DNA of 64,000 nucleotides from the human T2T-CHM13v2.0 reference genome, Homo sapiens: assembly GCF_009914755.1 (NCBI RefSeq), contig NC_060946.1; one strand, 5' to 3'. The notes under the pieces were generated by a model that searched no databases, had not been told where the DNA came from, and worked only from the letters and a program-made list of their open reading frames with translations. The translations under genes were made by a program, and so were the position numbers. This document shows, in pieces, positions 28,397 through 48,422 of this stretch. Each line of letters starts with the position of its first letter. Within the stretch, counting starts at the first letter, position 1.

Positions 28397-29519
28397 CTGG
28401 AAGGAGGCCAGGAAAGGGCCTTGAGTGCTAGGCACCCCTTTTAGAGATCAGCCTTTTGGAGCCCCCCACCCCTTGGAGAAGCTGATGAAGGCTGTGGGTG
28501 TCTGTGAAGGCCCTGGGAACTCGACGCCACACAGCGCAGCAGTCAGTAGTTCAGCCTCTGCGGCCAGCCTCCCCAGTCCAATTTCAGGCTCTGCCCCATA
28601 GTAGCTGTTTCACCATGGGCAAGCTGCTTCCCCTCTCTGTGCCTCAGTTTCCTCATGTGCAAAGCAGGGTGAGTTACAGGACCTGCATCCTAATCAACAG
28701 ATACATATTCTTTAGAAGAGTCACTGGGGATTATAGAGTTAAATGCTCTAAATATTATCAAGTGTTATCATTATTAAAGACACTGGCTCTCAGATCTTCG
28801 TGTTCATTCGCTGGAGGCTTTTCAAACCCTGATTGCTGCCCCCTGAGTTCCTGTCTCAGTAGGCCTGGAGGAGGGCCCAAGGTTGCATTTCTAACAAGTT
28901 ACTGGCTGATGCTGGGACACTGGTCCAGGGGCCACACTCAGAACCCACTAGAGCCCATGTTGGTGTCGCTGATCCAGCTCAGCCCCCTCACCACTCTACA
29001 TCTTAAGAACTGAGGCCCAGAAAGGTGAGCTTGTGCCCAAGGCCACACCCAGTAAGGGTGGCCTAGGCCTCAGTCTACCACGGGGAGGGGTTCTCAGCAG
29101 GAAGTCGGAGGAGGGGATCTGGAGGTGGAGGCGGCTCCATCATGGCCACCACCCGCCCTCCTTCCTCCCCGATTCCCCCCAAACCAGCTCCAAGAGCAAA
29201 GAGGCAGAATTTGCCTTCCTGGCCAGAGGTAATCTTTTAATCTCTTTGGCTTTAATCTTGCAGCCCAACATAAACCCAAATCTGTACAGGGGAAGGAAGG
29301 GGGTGGGAGATACAGATCTCCTTTCCTGGGGAGGGGGTAATCTAGGCTTTGCCTTTCACTTTGCCACAGATCTCCCATACCATTTCCACCTTCCCCACTC
29401 CTGCTTCTGGGAGCACTGGGCTGGGAGGCAGATCCAATAGGGCATGAGGAGGCAGAGAGAGCAGCCAGATGGGGTGAGGCAAGGGAGATTCACTTGTTAA
29501 AAGGAATCCACTTTGATAG

Positions 29520-31900
<2,381 letters not shown>

Positions 31901-32739
31901 AAAAAAGAAAAGGCACAACATTAGGAAATGCACTCAGGCCATCCCCCACCCCCTCAGGAATAAAGGACGCAGGGACCCAGCCCAGCTCTGCCGCGTGTGA
32001 CTTCCACCTCATTCTTTAGCCTCCCTCAGCCTCTGCATCTCCACAGTCTCCCCATCTGTAAAACGGGGATGAAAATTTCTGCCCACCCTACCCAATGTGG
32101 AGAGGACCAATGGGAAAATGGAGGCGAATGTCCCTTCATGATTAAATGTTCCCTCTCATTGTCACAACCCTCATGGCACTCTCCCAGGGCCCAGCAGAAA
32201 GGGTGAGGAGCCAGGAGCATGGGCTTGGTCACTGGCCCTGCCGCAGAATCTCAGGAAGCCATTCCAGGCGGCCTGCCACCTGCGGGTCACCGCATCTGCA
32301 AGACCCCAGGGTCCCTCTATCCTGACCTCCCAGGTGGACCACCCAGACCTGCCAACTCAGAGCGATGCCTGCAGTGCCAGATGACTGTACTGCCACTGCT
32401 ATCGCCACAGCTCCTCTCGGAACATACCTGCAAGGCACAGAGCCCCATGCCTGGCAGCCTTCTCCTTCTCTCCTTAGACCCCTCCATGACTGTCCAGCAG
32501 TCTTGGAGAACCTGCCTCCCCAGGAAAGCAGAACCTCCCTCCCCAAGGCTGGAACTGCCACAGGATACTAAAGGAGAAATAAAACCCCGAACTTGCAATC
32601 AGCTGAAGGGGTGGGTTTCCAGTGCTCGCCTGTGGGACTCCTTCCCCCTCACCTATCTGGCTGTTTGAGCTGAAACAGTCACAGCACTTGGAAAAATAGA
32701 CAGGTTGTACCTTGCGGTGCACAGGAGTCTACTGCGTGC

Positions 32740-33215
32740 TGTGGCAGAGACTGTGGGGGGCCCCTACCATATCCTGTCTCCCACCTGCCTTAGCAACAAA
32801 CACTTGGATGGCAATGTGCCTGGCCAAAAGGTTCCGTTTCTCAGCCTCCCTTGCAGCTAGGAGTGGCCACTGAGGGCCAAGTGTAAGCTGTCAGGTGGGA
32901 CAGAAGGGAACATTGGGGCCAGTGTGTGCCCAGTCCCTGCTGAAAGTTAGACGTGATGATGGAGGCCCAGCAGCCATCTTGGATCATGAGGTGACCTTGA
33001 GGATGGAAGCTGGCTGCTAAGGCGGGTGGGACTGAAAGAGAGGAGCCTGGGTCCCTGAAGACACCATTGGGGCCCCCACCAACCCAGGACGCCTACCCCC
33101 GACGTGTTAGGTGAGAGAGTGAGAAGTCTGGATATGGTTTAAACCACTATTATCAATATTTCCAGCCTCTGTTCTCAGCAAAGGGAAATAAGCCCTGACT
33201 GATACCCAAACCCCG
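32740..33215 (+). mobile_element. MLT1 LTR
   Basis: TGTGGCAGAGACTG...TTTCTCAGCCTCCCTTGCAGCTAG...GCAGCCATCTTGGATCATGAGG. Confidence 0.7.
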
Positions 33216-33359
33216 TGAGGTAGATACCACTGTACAACCCCTGCCCCTTGCACCCCCGTTTTACAGATGCACCCCCAGCCTCCCTTCCTCCCTCTGTGAT
33301 GTCCGTGATGCCCAAAAGACCAGCATTCCATTCCCAGCCCCCTGACGCTGTGAGTCAGC

Positions 33360-33665
33360 CTCTGCCAGACCTGGAGTGGGCCCCACGGCTGCAATGTCAA
33401 CAGTGCTCCATGCAGATGGCTGCGGCTCGAGCTGGTGACACGAGCGCTGTTGAGAAAGCAAAGTGCTGTCATGGACAGCGTGCCCTGCTGTAGAGATCAA
33501 GGGGAAGCCGGAGAATATTTACAAACCACAGAGAACAGACACACGAAGTGAATACCAGTTGGGTATAGTAAAAGCCTCTTTTAAACCTGTCCTACTCTTT
33601 CTTTGCCATGTGAAATCAAGTCGCTGGCAAGAAGCTCTCCGGTAAGACTAAGGTTTGCGGCTCTG
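33360..33665 (-). pseudogene. Two consecutive MAM exon remnants
   Basis: 33665-33556 (CAG...GT) reads LDFTWQRKSRTG (cf. DDFDWxRxSG). 33487-33360 (TACAG) reads GHAVHDS / NSARVTSS / ICMEH / GPLQVW. Confidence 0.65.
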
Positions 33666-34001
33666 CTGCAGGAAACACCATGAATTCCACACTGTGACCA
33701 CGTGCGGGGCTGCCCTGCAATGCAGGGCACAGTGGCTGGGTACTTGGCAAGGACCCTAGACTGCCTGGGCTCACATCCCTGCTCCGTGAACTGGTTAATC
33801 TCAGGGCAAATTACTTCACTTCTTTGTGCCTTAGTTTCTTCATCTGTGAAATGGGCAACAGAGGGCGGCTGATCTGGGAAGAGCTTACAGCGGTGCCTGC
33901 TACACAGGAGGGGCTATTAAGGATCAGCACCATTCTCAGGTTCACGGTGAGAACCTAATTTCCTTATTGTCTGTTTGTTATAGGAAACTGAATTTACTCA
34001 C

Positions 34002-34365
34002 CAGCATTGGAACATTCCATCTGCTGAGTCACACTCACTTCTCTTATCATCATTAACCCTGCGTAGGGGCTCCTGGCGCCAGAAGGAGCAACCCAAAGCT
34101 CTTCGTCTTGGTGAGGTTGATGCAAGTAAAAATAAGTGGTGATTATAAGTGATTCACTTGTCAAACGCAAGGTCAAGGGTCCCAATTTGTACATGTCTCT
34201 AAGGCAGCATCAAGAAGCTCCCCACATCCCAAACTGTCTCCCCTCTGACACTAGTGGAAATTTCACTATCAGAGCCAGAGAACTCCGAGGAGGAGAAGCA
34301 ATTTCAGAGCACAGCGTCTTAGAGTAAATGAACATATCGAGGTCAGCTGGGGGGCTGCGAATCAT
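34002..34365 (-). pseudogene. MAM-like second-half exon remnant
   Basis: About 120 codons with one stop, IRSPP...SLALIV...MW...GLMMIREVSVTQQMEC, ending at the phase-1 donor CTG|GTGAGT. Confidence 0.55.
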
Positions 34366-34443
34366 GGCAAGGAAAGGGAGGGAAGGCCAGGGGCAAGTAT
34401 TTGGACCCTCTCAGGGTGGTTGAGGATTCTGCAGCCACTAAAG

Positions 34444-34466
34444 GCGCACACACACATACGCGTGCG

Positions 34467-34497
<31 letters not shown>

Positions 34498-34498
34498 G
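34444..34498. repeat. (CA)n/(CG)n compound microsatellite
   Basis: GCGCACACACACATACGCGTGCGCGCGCGCGCACACA... Confidence 0.92.
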
Positions 34499-35958
34499 CT
34501 GGTAATCGCTTTACCCCAGCAGTAGGGGCTTAAGCCTCTATCTAGGCTAGCCCCACCCCCGCCCCCTGCTGCATTAGCCACCTCTGTCCCAAGGCAGGAT
34601 CCCCAGAGGTTCAACAAGGAAACCCTGCAGGGCTGGAAGCCGAATGCAATAGAGAGTTAGCAGCCACCAGTGGTCACACCCAACTCACACACATACACAC
34701 TCACTCATGCACTCATACACACAGACAACACACTAGACTCAGACACCCACCGAGCTGTCTTCCCAAAGTCATGACAAATCCAGAGAGAGGTCCACAGAAT
34801 TGTCCTATCCCAGAGAAAGCCACAGAAACACAAGTAGCTGGCACTGAGATATTCACACTCTGCCCCTGGGATCTCTCTGCCTGGGTGCCCCCGTTCCTGC
34901 CCCTGAACGGACAGACATTCTGCCCGGGGGGAGCCAACCCCAGTCAGGGTTTCCTCTCCCCACCTCTCCTTTCCCAGGTACGCAGGCCCCCAGTACGTTT
35001 TCGCCTTCTGTACCTCCTCCATTCGTGCCCCTCCTCGCCCGGGGACTGTGAGTACCCAAGAACAAGGACAGTCTGCCATTTTCCTGTGACCTCCCCAGCC
35101 CCCATGGCAGGAGCCGCAAACCCCCGCGACCCTTCTCGTAGGGTTCACGCCTCATCCCAGCTCCTCGGAGAAGCTGGCGGCTCTTCTCATTTTCCAGTGA
35201 GTGCGTGAAAATACAGATTAAACCAATTAGGGAAAAGTCATCAGAGGGCAAGGCGAGAGCCACCACTGCACCTAATCGTCAGCTCCAGCAATGCACAATG
35301 AGACAGACTCACAGATTACAAATGCACACAAATTCCGAAGTAGGAAGGGGGTGGCAGGATGGGGGCAGGCGAGCTCCATTTTAGATTCCCTTGTTTTTGT
35401 TTAGATGGCTTTCCTCTGTTGGCAACACACTTCCACCTTCATGCTCCCAGGAAAAGCAGGTAGGGTGGGAATGATTGCAGGAGGGGAACATGAGGCCCAA
35501 GGGACTGGTAAAGGACAGTTGCAGAAGGCCCGGGCCACCCAGACTGGTCTTCTCCTGGCTGGGCTGGAGGTGGGGATATGAGGGCCAGTCCCCAGGAGAG
35601 CCCCATTGGCCTGAAGGTCTGCTCTCTGTCCCACTCCTCTCCCTACAAAGAACCAGCATGTGCCTGAGAGGCAACCTTGCCCCTCACCAAATGGCAGGAT
35701 TATTTAACTGATGGCTGCTGTCCCCCAGATGGTCATGTTTGTTAAATCTGGTAAGGAGACGTGCTGTGTGCTTTTCTTCCCCCTGGCTGGGGAGGATTTT
35801 CTTAGAATCTGAGTGCAAGGGGCCCACTTTCGTGCCCTTTTATCCCATAGGGCCCCTCCCAAGCCTAGCCTGGTCCCCTCAGTGGCACCCCAGTCATCTT
35901 AACCTTCCAGCCAGGCCTGCCTTGCCCTGGGCCAGGTGAGAAGCCAGTGGTGATGCAT

Positions 35959-35977
35959 GAGTGCCCCCTGCTGGTGA
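35959..35977 (-). promoter_or_regulatory. CTCF motif
   Basis: Minus-strand TCACCAGCAGGGGGCACTC matches the CCASYAGRKGGCRS core. Confidence 0.6.
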
Positions 35978-36207
35978 TGTTCTGCACTGTCCACTGGGAC
36001 TCCTACCCCGGATCCAGCCAGGTAGCAGCATTCCCCACACACACCTCCAGGACTGCCTGGCTGGGTGAAGGAAAGGGTGGGCACCTGTGGGAGGAGCACA
36101 GAGCCCTAAGAATGTGCTTCATAAAGGCCCAAAGAAGCTGGGAACAGCTCCATTCCTGTTCCAGCAGCAGGGGGTGTGACTGTGGGTGGCAGGTAGACAC
36201 TGAGCAT

Positions 36208-36226
36208 TTTCCAGCAGGGGGCAAGG
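36208..36226 (+). promoter_or_regulatory. CTCF motif
   Basis: TTTCCAGCAGGGGGCAAGG. Confidence 0.45.
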
Positions 36227-36939
36227 GAGGGTGCCTGTCATTGCGTATGGACTGTCAGAGAGACTTAGCATATGTGGGAGGGAGGAAGAAAGGAATGAGT
36301 GAATGAAGGAATGAATGAACTCATTATTTCCTAAAAGGTCATGTGAATAACACTAGTAAACTATCAGGGTAATTTTTAGATAATAGCGATGAACTTCTTT
36401 AAGAGTTATGTATCTAGTTTGATTGTATCTGATCCATCAGATTCATTAATATTTAAAACGAATGTCTTTAGATACAAAAGGGTCCATGTAAAGAAAGACA
36501 TTAGGTAAATAACATGTATGTACTCTCAGCTCCTAGCGTGGGTATTCAATAAATGCTAGTAATGAATGAAGAATAAACAAATGCATGTACAGCTGACAAG
36601 GCAGATCATGGATGATCATTATAGGGCAGTAGGTCCCACACTTAGCTGTACCTTGCCATCACCTGGGGAGCTTTAAAGATTATCTCTGGGTGACTCTGTG
36701 TCTCTGAATCTCAGGGGGCTGGGGAGGAAGATGGTGCACCCTGGACAACCCTCAGAGGAGGAGAAAATCACCGGCTCCCAATTTGGGCAGCGAATCAGAA
36801 GCAGCATGGATTCACTGCCTTTTGAAATAGTGAAACTACCGTCATTGGAGAAAGGCGAACTGTGGTTAGGCGACCTGGGATTCCTCCGCTGGGAGAGAGG
36901 TTGAACTAGGTGAACTTGAAGGTTTCATGCAAGGAAAGA

Positions 36940-37899
36940 GAAGTTAGCTGATATTTATGTAGACCAGCTTCTAGATTGACACTAAGTACAAAGCTAATGT
37001 GTATTTACTATGGCTTTAATCTATACTGATTAAGAATGTCTCATTTATTCACCTGCACCTCATGTTTTACTTGGCATGTATCTTTATTACAGTTAATATA
37101 AATATCACATTAGCTGCTTACAGAACATATAGAATTTGCTGTCCTGAGTTTATTTACAAGTTAGTACCTCATTTATGAGACTTTTTACCCCTTGAGAACA
37201 TCCGCCTTCTTCTTGAAAACTGTGACTGGTTCATTATAAACATATATTCGTATAATGGAGTTAATGGGGTTATCATCTGTTTATCTCTTTTAATTAGGCC
37301 CTGATTTGCCCAAACAATTTCAGTTACTTTCTTGATTACAGTTGGAGGAGCATGTGGTTTGGTGTGGGCTTGGTAAAGAGCTGCTGTCTGCTTCTCTAAA
37401 TCCACGTATAGTATCATATGTTCAGGCTGAGTTAATATTTGATATGTGAGTTGTTCCCTTATCTTGTTAGATACTCTTGATAAAAGAATTCCCACTCATG
37501 AATTTTCATGGATATACCTCTGGAAAGGAATTGAGAAAAATAAATGTTGTGCTATTTGGAAAGGTTGGGAGACACGTTGCAATCGAGTCTGAGTTTTGAT
37601 ATCAGCTTAATGGTATTCGAATAGTAGCTTTTTTTTTTTAGCTTTGAGCGGATTTTTAAAACATAAAGCATGAATAGATTTGTCATAGTGCAGGGTCAAA
37701 ATTAGTTCTGTTGATGGCAAGTTATGCAATATTAATTGTTTTATGAACAAAATGCAATTAAGTTGCAAATCCCTTGACAGAGTGCAATGTTAGGCCAATG
37801 TTTTCATCAGTATGAGGAAATGTCAGATTAGCTTCCCCAGGGAAGACGAAATCTTTGGCACGATGCCGAAAACATACGTGTTTGTTTTATAGCCGCGCC

Positions 37900-37900
<1 letters not shown>
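36940..37900 (-). mobile_element. Probable Penelope-like retroelement fossil (RT C-terminus, linker, GIY-YIG start)
   Basis: AT-rich; one frame has only 4 internal stops in about 243 codons. Frameshifted motifs IPLS*YQ/LRLDC, FQR-YP, EPVTVFKKK and NVIFILT/C..TC occur in Penelope order. Confidence 0.55.
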
Positions 37901-39840
<1,940 letters not shown>

Positions 39841-39873
39841 TAATAATGTCATTTTTTAAAGCGTGGAAGTCTA

Positions 39874-40224
<351 letters not shown>

Positions 40225-40945
40225 TTATTTCCTTCATCACCCCATCGTCTCTGAAATTCCTGCTTGTTTGCACCTGCTTGATGTCTGTCTCTCTGTGTTT
40301 GTCAGGACAGGCTAAGTGCTGCAACAAACACCCCAAAATTTAGGGCCTCAACTCAACACTAGTATGTTTCTGCTGCTTGCAACAGTTCAGTGCCACTATT
40401 TGGTGAACAGACTTCCTCCTGCTGTTTCGGGTCCTGGGCCCCTCCCGCCTCCAGGCTCTGCCCTTCTTGCACCCAGAGGCTTCTCTCACCAGCCAGGGAA
40501 GGAGACGAAAAGAGATCATCTCATGGGGGAGGGCTTTATGGGCCAGCCCTGCAAGTGGGGCACATCCATCAGGCAGAACTCAGTCACATGGCCACCCTTA
40601 CTGCAAGGGAAGCTAGAAACGTCGCCCAGCTGGGGGCTCAGGAGAAAAAGAGGAGGAGCCATGTCTGCCTACTCTCCCAGTATCAGATCCCAGGGTGCTA
40701 GCTCTCATCCACCTTATTGTCCGTGTCTGGCACTGTAACTGGCATATAATGGGTCTTCAGCAAATGCAGAGTCTATGAGTAAATGAATGGTGCTCAGGCT
40801 GGGTCCTGGGAACCAGGCCAGGTGGGCACTTTCCTAGTACATGCTGGGGGGCGGGGCAGGGATAGAGGGAGGGATGCAGTCACTCCCAGTTCTCAGATCA
40901 GGAAACCGAGGCTCTGAGAGTGAAGCCACATGCACAAGGCCACGC

Positions 40946-41400
40946 AGCTTGTCAGTGCCAGTTCTCAAATGCAGGAAGCCTCTGCCACCAAATGTCTGTT
41001 CTCTCCACTCCCCTGGCTGCCTCTCTAACACGCACACTGACTGGACTCAGGGTCTGGTTATCTTCAAGGCTGCTCTCCTTTCTAACAACCAATGAACCAT
41101 GTTTGACAAGCTGCAGGTGGCTTGAGGCGGCGGCTGTATCTCTCTCTCATCCCTACATGCCCTGTGGCTACCAGCACAGCCCTTGAACACAGTAGGTGCT
41201 CAAACCATGTTTGGGGGATTAATCTGTTCACACAGGCTCAGGCTTCATGCTTTGCTGCTTGCACAGTATGGGGGTCACTTACAACTTATAAAAGAGATCG
41301 AGGGGATATTTATTATACGGCCCCTCCCTGTGCAGTCGAAGCTGTCTCTGCAGCGAGACCATTGTCCTCCCTGAAACTTGCTCCCGAAGCAGGGACCGGG
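40946..41400 (-). pseudogene. Two consecutive MAM exon remnants
   Basis: About 41400-41283 reads CFGSKF..GQWS...DSFD(C)T and ends at a GTAAGT donor. 41110-40946 (CAG) reads SVRVRE...TDIWWQR...ENWH*QA. Confidence 0.6.
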
Positions 41401-41545
41401 GCTGCGTCATGTGGGGGTCAAGACCACAGGTGTCACCTGGCCCCCATCAGGATTAGACTGTGGATCCCTTTCACATACAGAGACTGACCTTCCTTGCCCC
41501 CAGCTAGTCAGTCCCAGGAAAGAGAGTCGATGGAAGCGGCAGTGT

Positions 41546-41566
41546 GGCTCTGTCCGCGGTGCTGAA
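41546..41566 (-). promoter_or_regulatory. REST/NRSF RE1 (NRSE) element
   Basis: TTCAGCACCGCGGACAGAGCC, 19/21 to the consensus TTCAGCACCACGGACAGCGCC. Confidence 0.85.
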
Positions 41567-41937
41567 CTATCCTCTAACTCCCTCACCTCCTTCTGTAACC
41601 CAGCAACTTACGACCTCCTGGGTGGGGGGCAGGTAAAAATACAGATTCCCTGGCCCTTTCTTTAAAGATTTGGGTTCTGAGGGTCTAATATGGAGCCCTG
41701 GGATCTGTTTTAACCAACTATCCTAACTGCTTGTGATTCTATCCAGCCATTTTGGTACTGGACTGAGTTTGAACACTGACCTCAATAATCAGCTGGTCTT
41801 CATGGAGTGCCTGCTATGTACCCAGCACTGTGCCAGATACTGTAAGGCACAGAGCTGCATCAGGCAGGGTAGACGTGGGGAGGGAGGGAGAGAGGCAGCC
41901 CCTTCTGCTTTGTGTAGACACAGCACCAGGCACATAC

Positions 41938-42954
<1,017 letters not shown>

Positions 42955-42999
42955 CTGGAAGGAGAGGGCCACAGCCAGAGAAATGAAATATGCACAGAC

Positions 43000-44040
<1,041 letters not shown>

Positions 44041-45205
44041 ATTGCCTCAGTTATTTCAGTATCTTCCATAGCATCTTAAAACACTGACAGAGCTGGAAGA
44101 GATCTGAGAAGTCCGTTCACTTATGTTTCTGTTCGTTCCTCAGATATTTGTTGAGGATCTACTATGCCAGGTCATGAGCTGCAGGGAACAGAACCAAGGG
44201 GATCCCTGACCGTGGAGCTCACAGCCAGGTGGGAGTAGACAACAAACAAATACCTGGAAGGCAGGTCTGCAAGGGTGACAGGTTATGAGTGACTATAACA
44301 GGAGGTGATTGATGACCACCAGGTGGCTGCTGTGTGATGGGAGTGGGGAGCCTCCCTAAGAGGTGGGACATGGGAGCTTGACAAGAACAAGCCAGCTGTG
44401 CAGGAGTGAGGGTTGCAATACAAGGAGAGGCAAGAACTGGTGCTGGCAGAGAACATGACACCTGCCACAGCAAGCAAGGAGGCCATTGTGCCAGGAGCCA
44501 GTGAGCAGTGGAGAGAGGACTACAGGAGCAGCGAGGAGGCTGCTGTGATAACAGCCAAGGTGGGGAGTGGAGGTTATGGCCAGCCCAGTACCCCAACCTC
44601 TTACTGCTGATAACGTGAGCTCAGCAAGGACAGAGAGGTGCTACTTACTGAGCAACTACCCCGCATCAGGAGCTTTCTATGCAGCATCTCAAAGCCTCGC
44701 AGCCTGCTGCATAGGAGCCACTGTGCCCATTTTACAGATGAGAGGCCAGTGAACAGTGAAGCCACCTGCCTAAGGGCATAGAGCCACAGGTGGGCAGCAG
44801 GGTGGAGCCCAGGCCTGAGGAGGTTCTCCAACTCTTCAGTTGTCCCGCAGCGAGATGACCACTGCAGAGCCAGGCTGCCTCCAACCTTGGCTCTGGCACC
44901 GAGAAGACCTATGACCTGGCACAAGGACCTTCTCCCCTTCTGTGCCTCAGTTTCCCAATCTGTAAAACGGGAATAACGATTGTACCTACTTCAAATAGGT
45001 GGGAATGAAATGAATTAATTTATGTCAAGTACTTAGAACAGTGCCTGACCCCCAACATGCATTTGATGGTAGATATGTATGTTTATAGTTCTGCTGGCAT
45101 CAATACTTACAGAAGGGCAAAGCTGAGATGATAGGTCACCAGCCTCCCGGGGTGGAGTCCACCTCACTCACAGCAGGAGCAGGTGCATCAATTAAAAGAT
45201 TGCCA

Positions 45206-45498
45206 GGGCTGGGCGCGGTGGCGCACATCTATAATCCCAGCACTTTGGGAGGCCGAGGCGGGCGGATCACTTGAGGTCAGGAGTTTGAAACCAGCCTGGC
45301 CAACTTGGCAAAACCCTGTCTCTACTAAAAATACAAAAATTAGCCAGGCGTGGTGGCACATGCCTGTAATCCCAGCTACTCAGGAGGCTGAAGCACAAGA
45401 ATCACTTGAACCCAGGAGGCGGAAGTCGCAGTGAGCCAAGATCATGCCACTGCACTCCAGCCTCGGTGGCAGAGTGAGACTGTCTCAAAAAAGAAAAA
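45206..45498 (+). mobile_element. AluS
   Basis: Alu consensus. Confidence 0.93.
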
Positions 45499-46928
45499 GG
45501 TTGCTGGGAGGAGAGGAGACCTACCTTGGGCCCCTGCACACTCCTTGCTGGGGATAGGGGCTGGTTGAGGGAGCCATAGACCCCTATAGGAGATCTCCAG
45601 GCTCCTTCTGGTGTCTGCCCCAGGCCAGGGCTCCTGTTCTGGAGTCACTCTCTGTCCCTGTTATCATGGGGGCCTACCCTCAGCCACCTAGCCGAAGGAT
45701 CAGTGACCACTCATGGTCCTCAAAGTATCTCATCCACATGCACCCTAAAATGGGCAGGCAGAGCTCAGGCTAAACGGGAGGAAGCTCAGCGGCAGCTATG
45801 TGCCCAAGGGGCATGGCAAGGCCAAGACTAGGTGGTCTAACCTTGCTACCCCACCCCACACTCAGCCCCTGCCTCTGGGGCCCAGATGGGTCACTTCAGC
45901 ACAGGGCACAGGGAGCTTCCTAACTTCCCAGGCAGACACGCAAAGGGTTAAACTCAGACTCCCTCCTTCCTTCATCCCAATTCTGATCCTTGCTGACTCT
46001 GCTCCCCCTCCCTACCCCCAGCTATTCTGGGACAATGGAGGCAGCAGATGGCCCGAGTCCTGTTCCCTCCACCCGACCCTCAGGATCTGGGAGCAACACG
46101 AAAATCTGCTGCCGCGTCTAAATGCGGGCCGATGAGCAGCCTTCCCTGGGTGGGGTGGGGAGGACGGCGACTGTGGATGGCACCATTCCAGCCCCACGGG
46201 GCTGCAGGGCCGGGGGCTGCCCTCACTCGACTGGCATCCCATAAACCCAGCCCTGGGCCAGCCCAGAAAGAAGCGGGGCTTTGGAGAAGCACAAGTGGCC
46301 AGTTGCACCCAACTCACTGTGTGACCACAGCATGTGGCAGTCCCTCTCTGGACCTCTCCTCCCTGGAAAACAAAGGGGCTGGCTTCAGGTGCTCAGTGGT
46401 TCCAGATGTCCCCAGCACAGATGTAGCCAGAAGACAGTTTCTGATTCTTCAAGGGTGGAGCCCCTAGCCCTGGCTCCCTGGATCAGGGCCCCTCTGGCCC
46501 TCGGGATCTCTCCTCCTCCTTCCCCATCTGAGAGCCCCACTGTGACCCCAACTCCAAGCATCACTGGGCATGACACAGACCTCCCCTCTCTAACCCTCCC
46601 CTGCCTATGTGCCACCATGCCTGAAATTTCACCATGATCACTTTCATTCATCCATCCACCTCCTTGGGATCGGAAATTCCAAGGGCACTTGCATTTATTC
46701 AGTTCCTGCCCTTGGCTGTCAAATCGCCCTTTGGCACCATTATCTGATACCTGAGGCTAAGTCCCTCAGCCCTGAGTCTCCATTCCGCCTTCCCTGATTC
46801 TCTGACCTCCCCCAACCCAGGCCCTGGGGGCAGAGAAAAGGAGGAACCACTCCACACCTCACAGCACACAGGCTCACATGTATACATCATGTACACATGT
46901 GCGACACAGCCACAAAAACACACACCAC

Positions 46929-47331
<403 letters not shown>

Positions 47332-47477
47332 TCACAAACACACTAGTAACAGTCACCAGCCACTCTGCCCTTCCTTTCTCTGTGCCAGGCTCTGTAACAT
47401 GGTCTTTGCACACATCATATCACACCACCAAAAGTGATCACCATCTCCACTGTGATAGACAGATAAAGACCATACCC

Positions 47478-47805
47478 CGTCAGGAACAATTTGGCTGCAT
47501 GTAACAGAAAACTGGACCAAGAGAGACTTAAACAAATAAGCATTTAATTTTTGTACAGAACCAGATGCTGGAGGGAATAGCTGTGGATGATTGTCTTGGC
47601 CTTTCCTTCATGGTAGCAAGGTGGCTGCCCCAGATCCAGCCATCACACCCACATTTATAGCAGGAAGATGGGGAGTGGGCTGCAAAACCTTCCCCAGAAA
47701 CATCTCTATTGGATTTGCTTAGTTCCCTCTGGCCAGAGCTGGTCCCATGGTAGCCCCTAACAGCAAGAAAGGCTGGGAAATGAGCAAAAAGGATCATCAC
47801 AATTG
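47478..47805 (-). mobile_element. MLT1 (MaLR) LTR overlapping the MFNG 3' end
   Basis: Minus strand ends ATTAAATGCTTATTTGTTTAAG...TTTTCTGTTACATGCAGCC, an MLT1-type 3' terminus. Confidence 0.7.
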
Positions 47806-48422
47806 GCTGGGACCCGTTATGCTCCATCATCTGGGCCCCGGCATGCTGAGGCTCCAAACAAAATCTGGTCCTGTTCGCAAGGGGTGGGGAGCAAGGAGCT
47901 TTGGGAGACTGGTTGGCAACAACAGCAGGTGCTGCAGACCCTGGATTCTGCCATCATTCCACCCATGTCCCTTCAGGAACTCGGGACACAGATGAGGGAG
48001 GCAGGAGTGGGCGGCCCAGCGCTTGAGCCCCAGGGGAATGACTGAGAGACATTAGCCAGGGCCAACGGCCAGACCCCACCCAGAGGCCATGTCACTGCCT
48101 AAAGGGTTAGGACCCCTGAGCCCCAGCCCAGCTCAAGTGCCCCCTGCCCTTTTTCAATTCAGCCTCCTGAGGGAGTCTAGCCCCTGGAGCCTCTCTGGCC
48201 ACCACCTGGTCCACCTGGTCCCCTGGGCTGTCTAACTCACCTCCCAGGGGCCTGGGGTGCCTTCAGTGCCAATTGCCACTCAGATCCTGGGCTTGCCAAC
48301 CACCCGAAGGCCCTGCCAGGGACTGCCTATCACAAGACACTTGCCAGGGACCCACAGTGCCACCTTGGGAGCCAAGGCACACCCAGAAGTCTCTGCCCAA
48401 CCTTTGCCCAGCAGTTCAGGAT
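47525..48422 (-). other. MFNG: MFNG 3' UTR (end inferred from the poly(A) signal)
   Basis: Follows the TGA at 48425-48423; first poly(A) hexamer I found is ATTAAA at 47548-47543. Confidence 0.7.
47543..47548 (-). terminator. MFNG: Poly(A) signal ATTAAA of MFNG
   Basis: About 875 nt after the stop, followed by U-rich sequence. Confidence 0.65.

Noticed and set aside
37169-37495. 108 aa ORF as a functional gene
   Set aside because: Starts at GTG directly after a stop; part of a decayed longer frame
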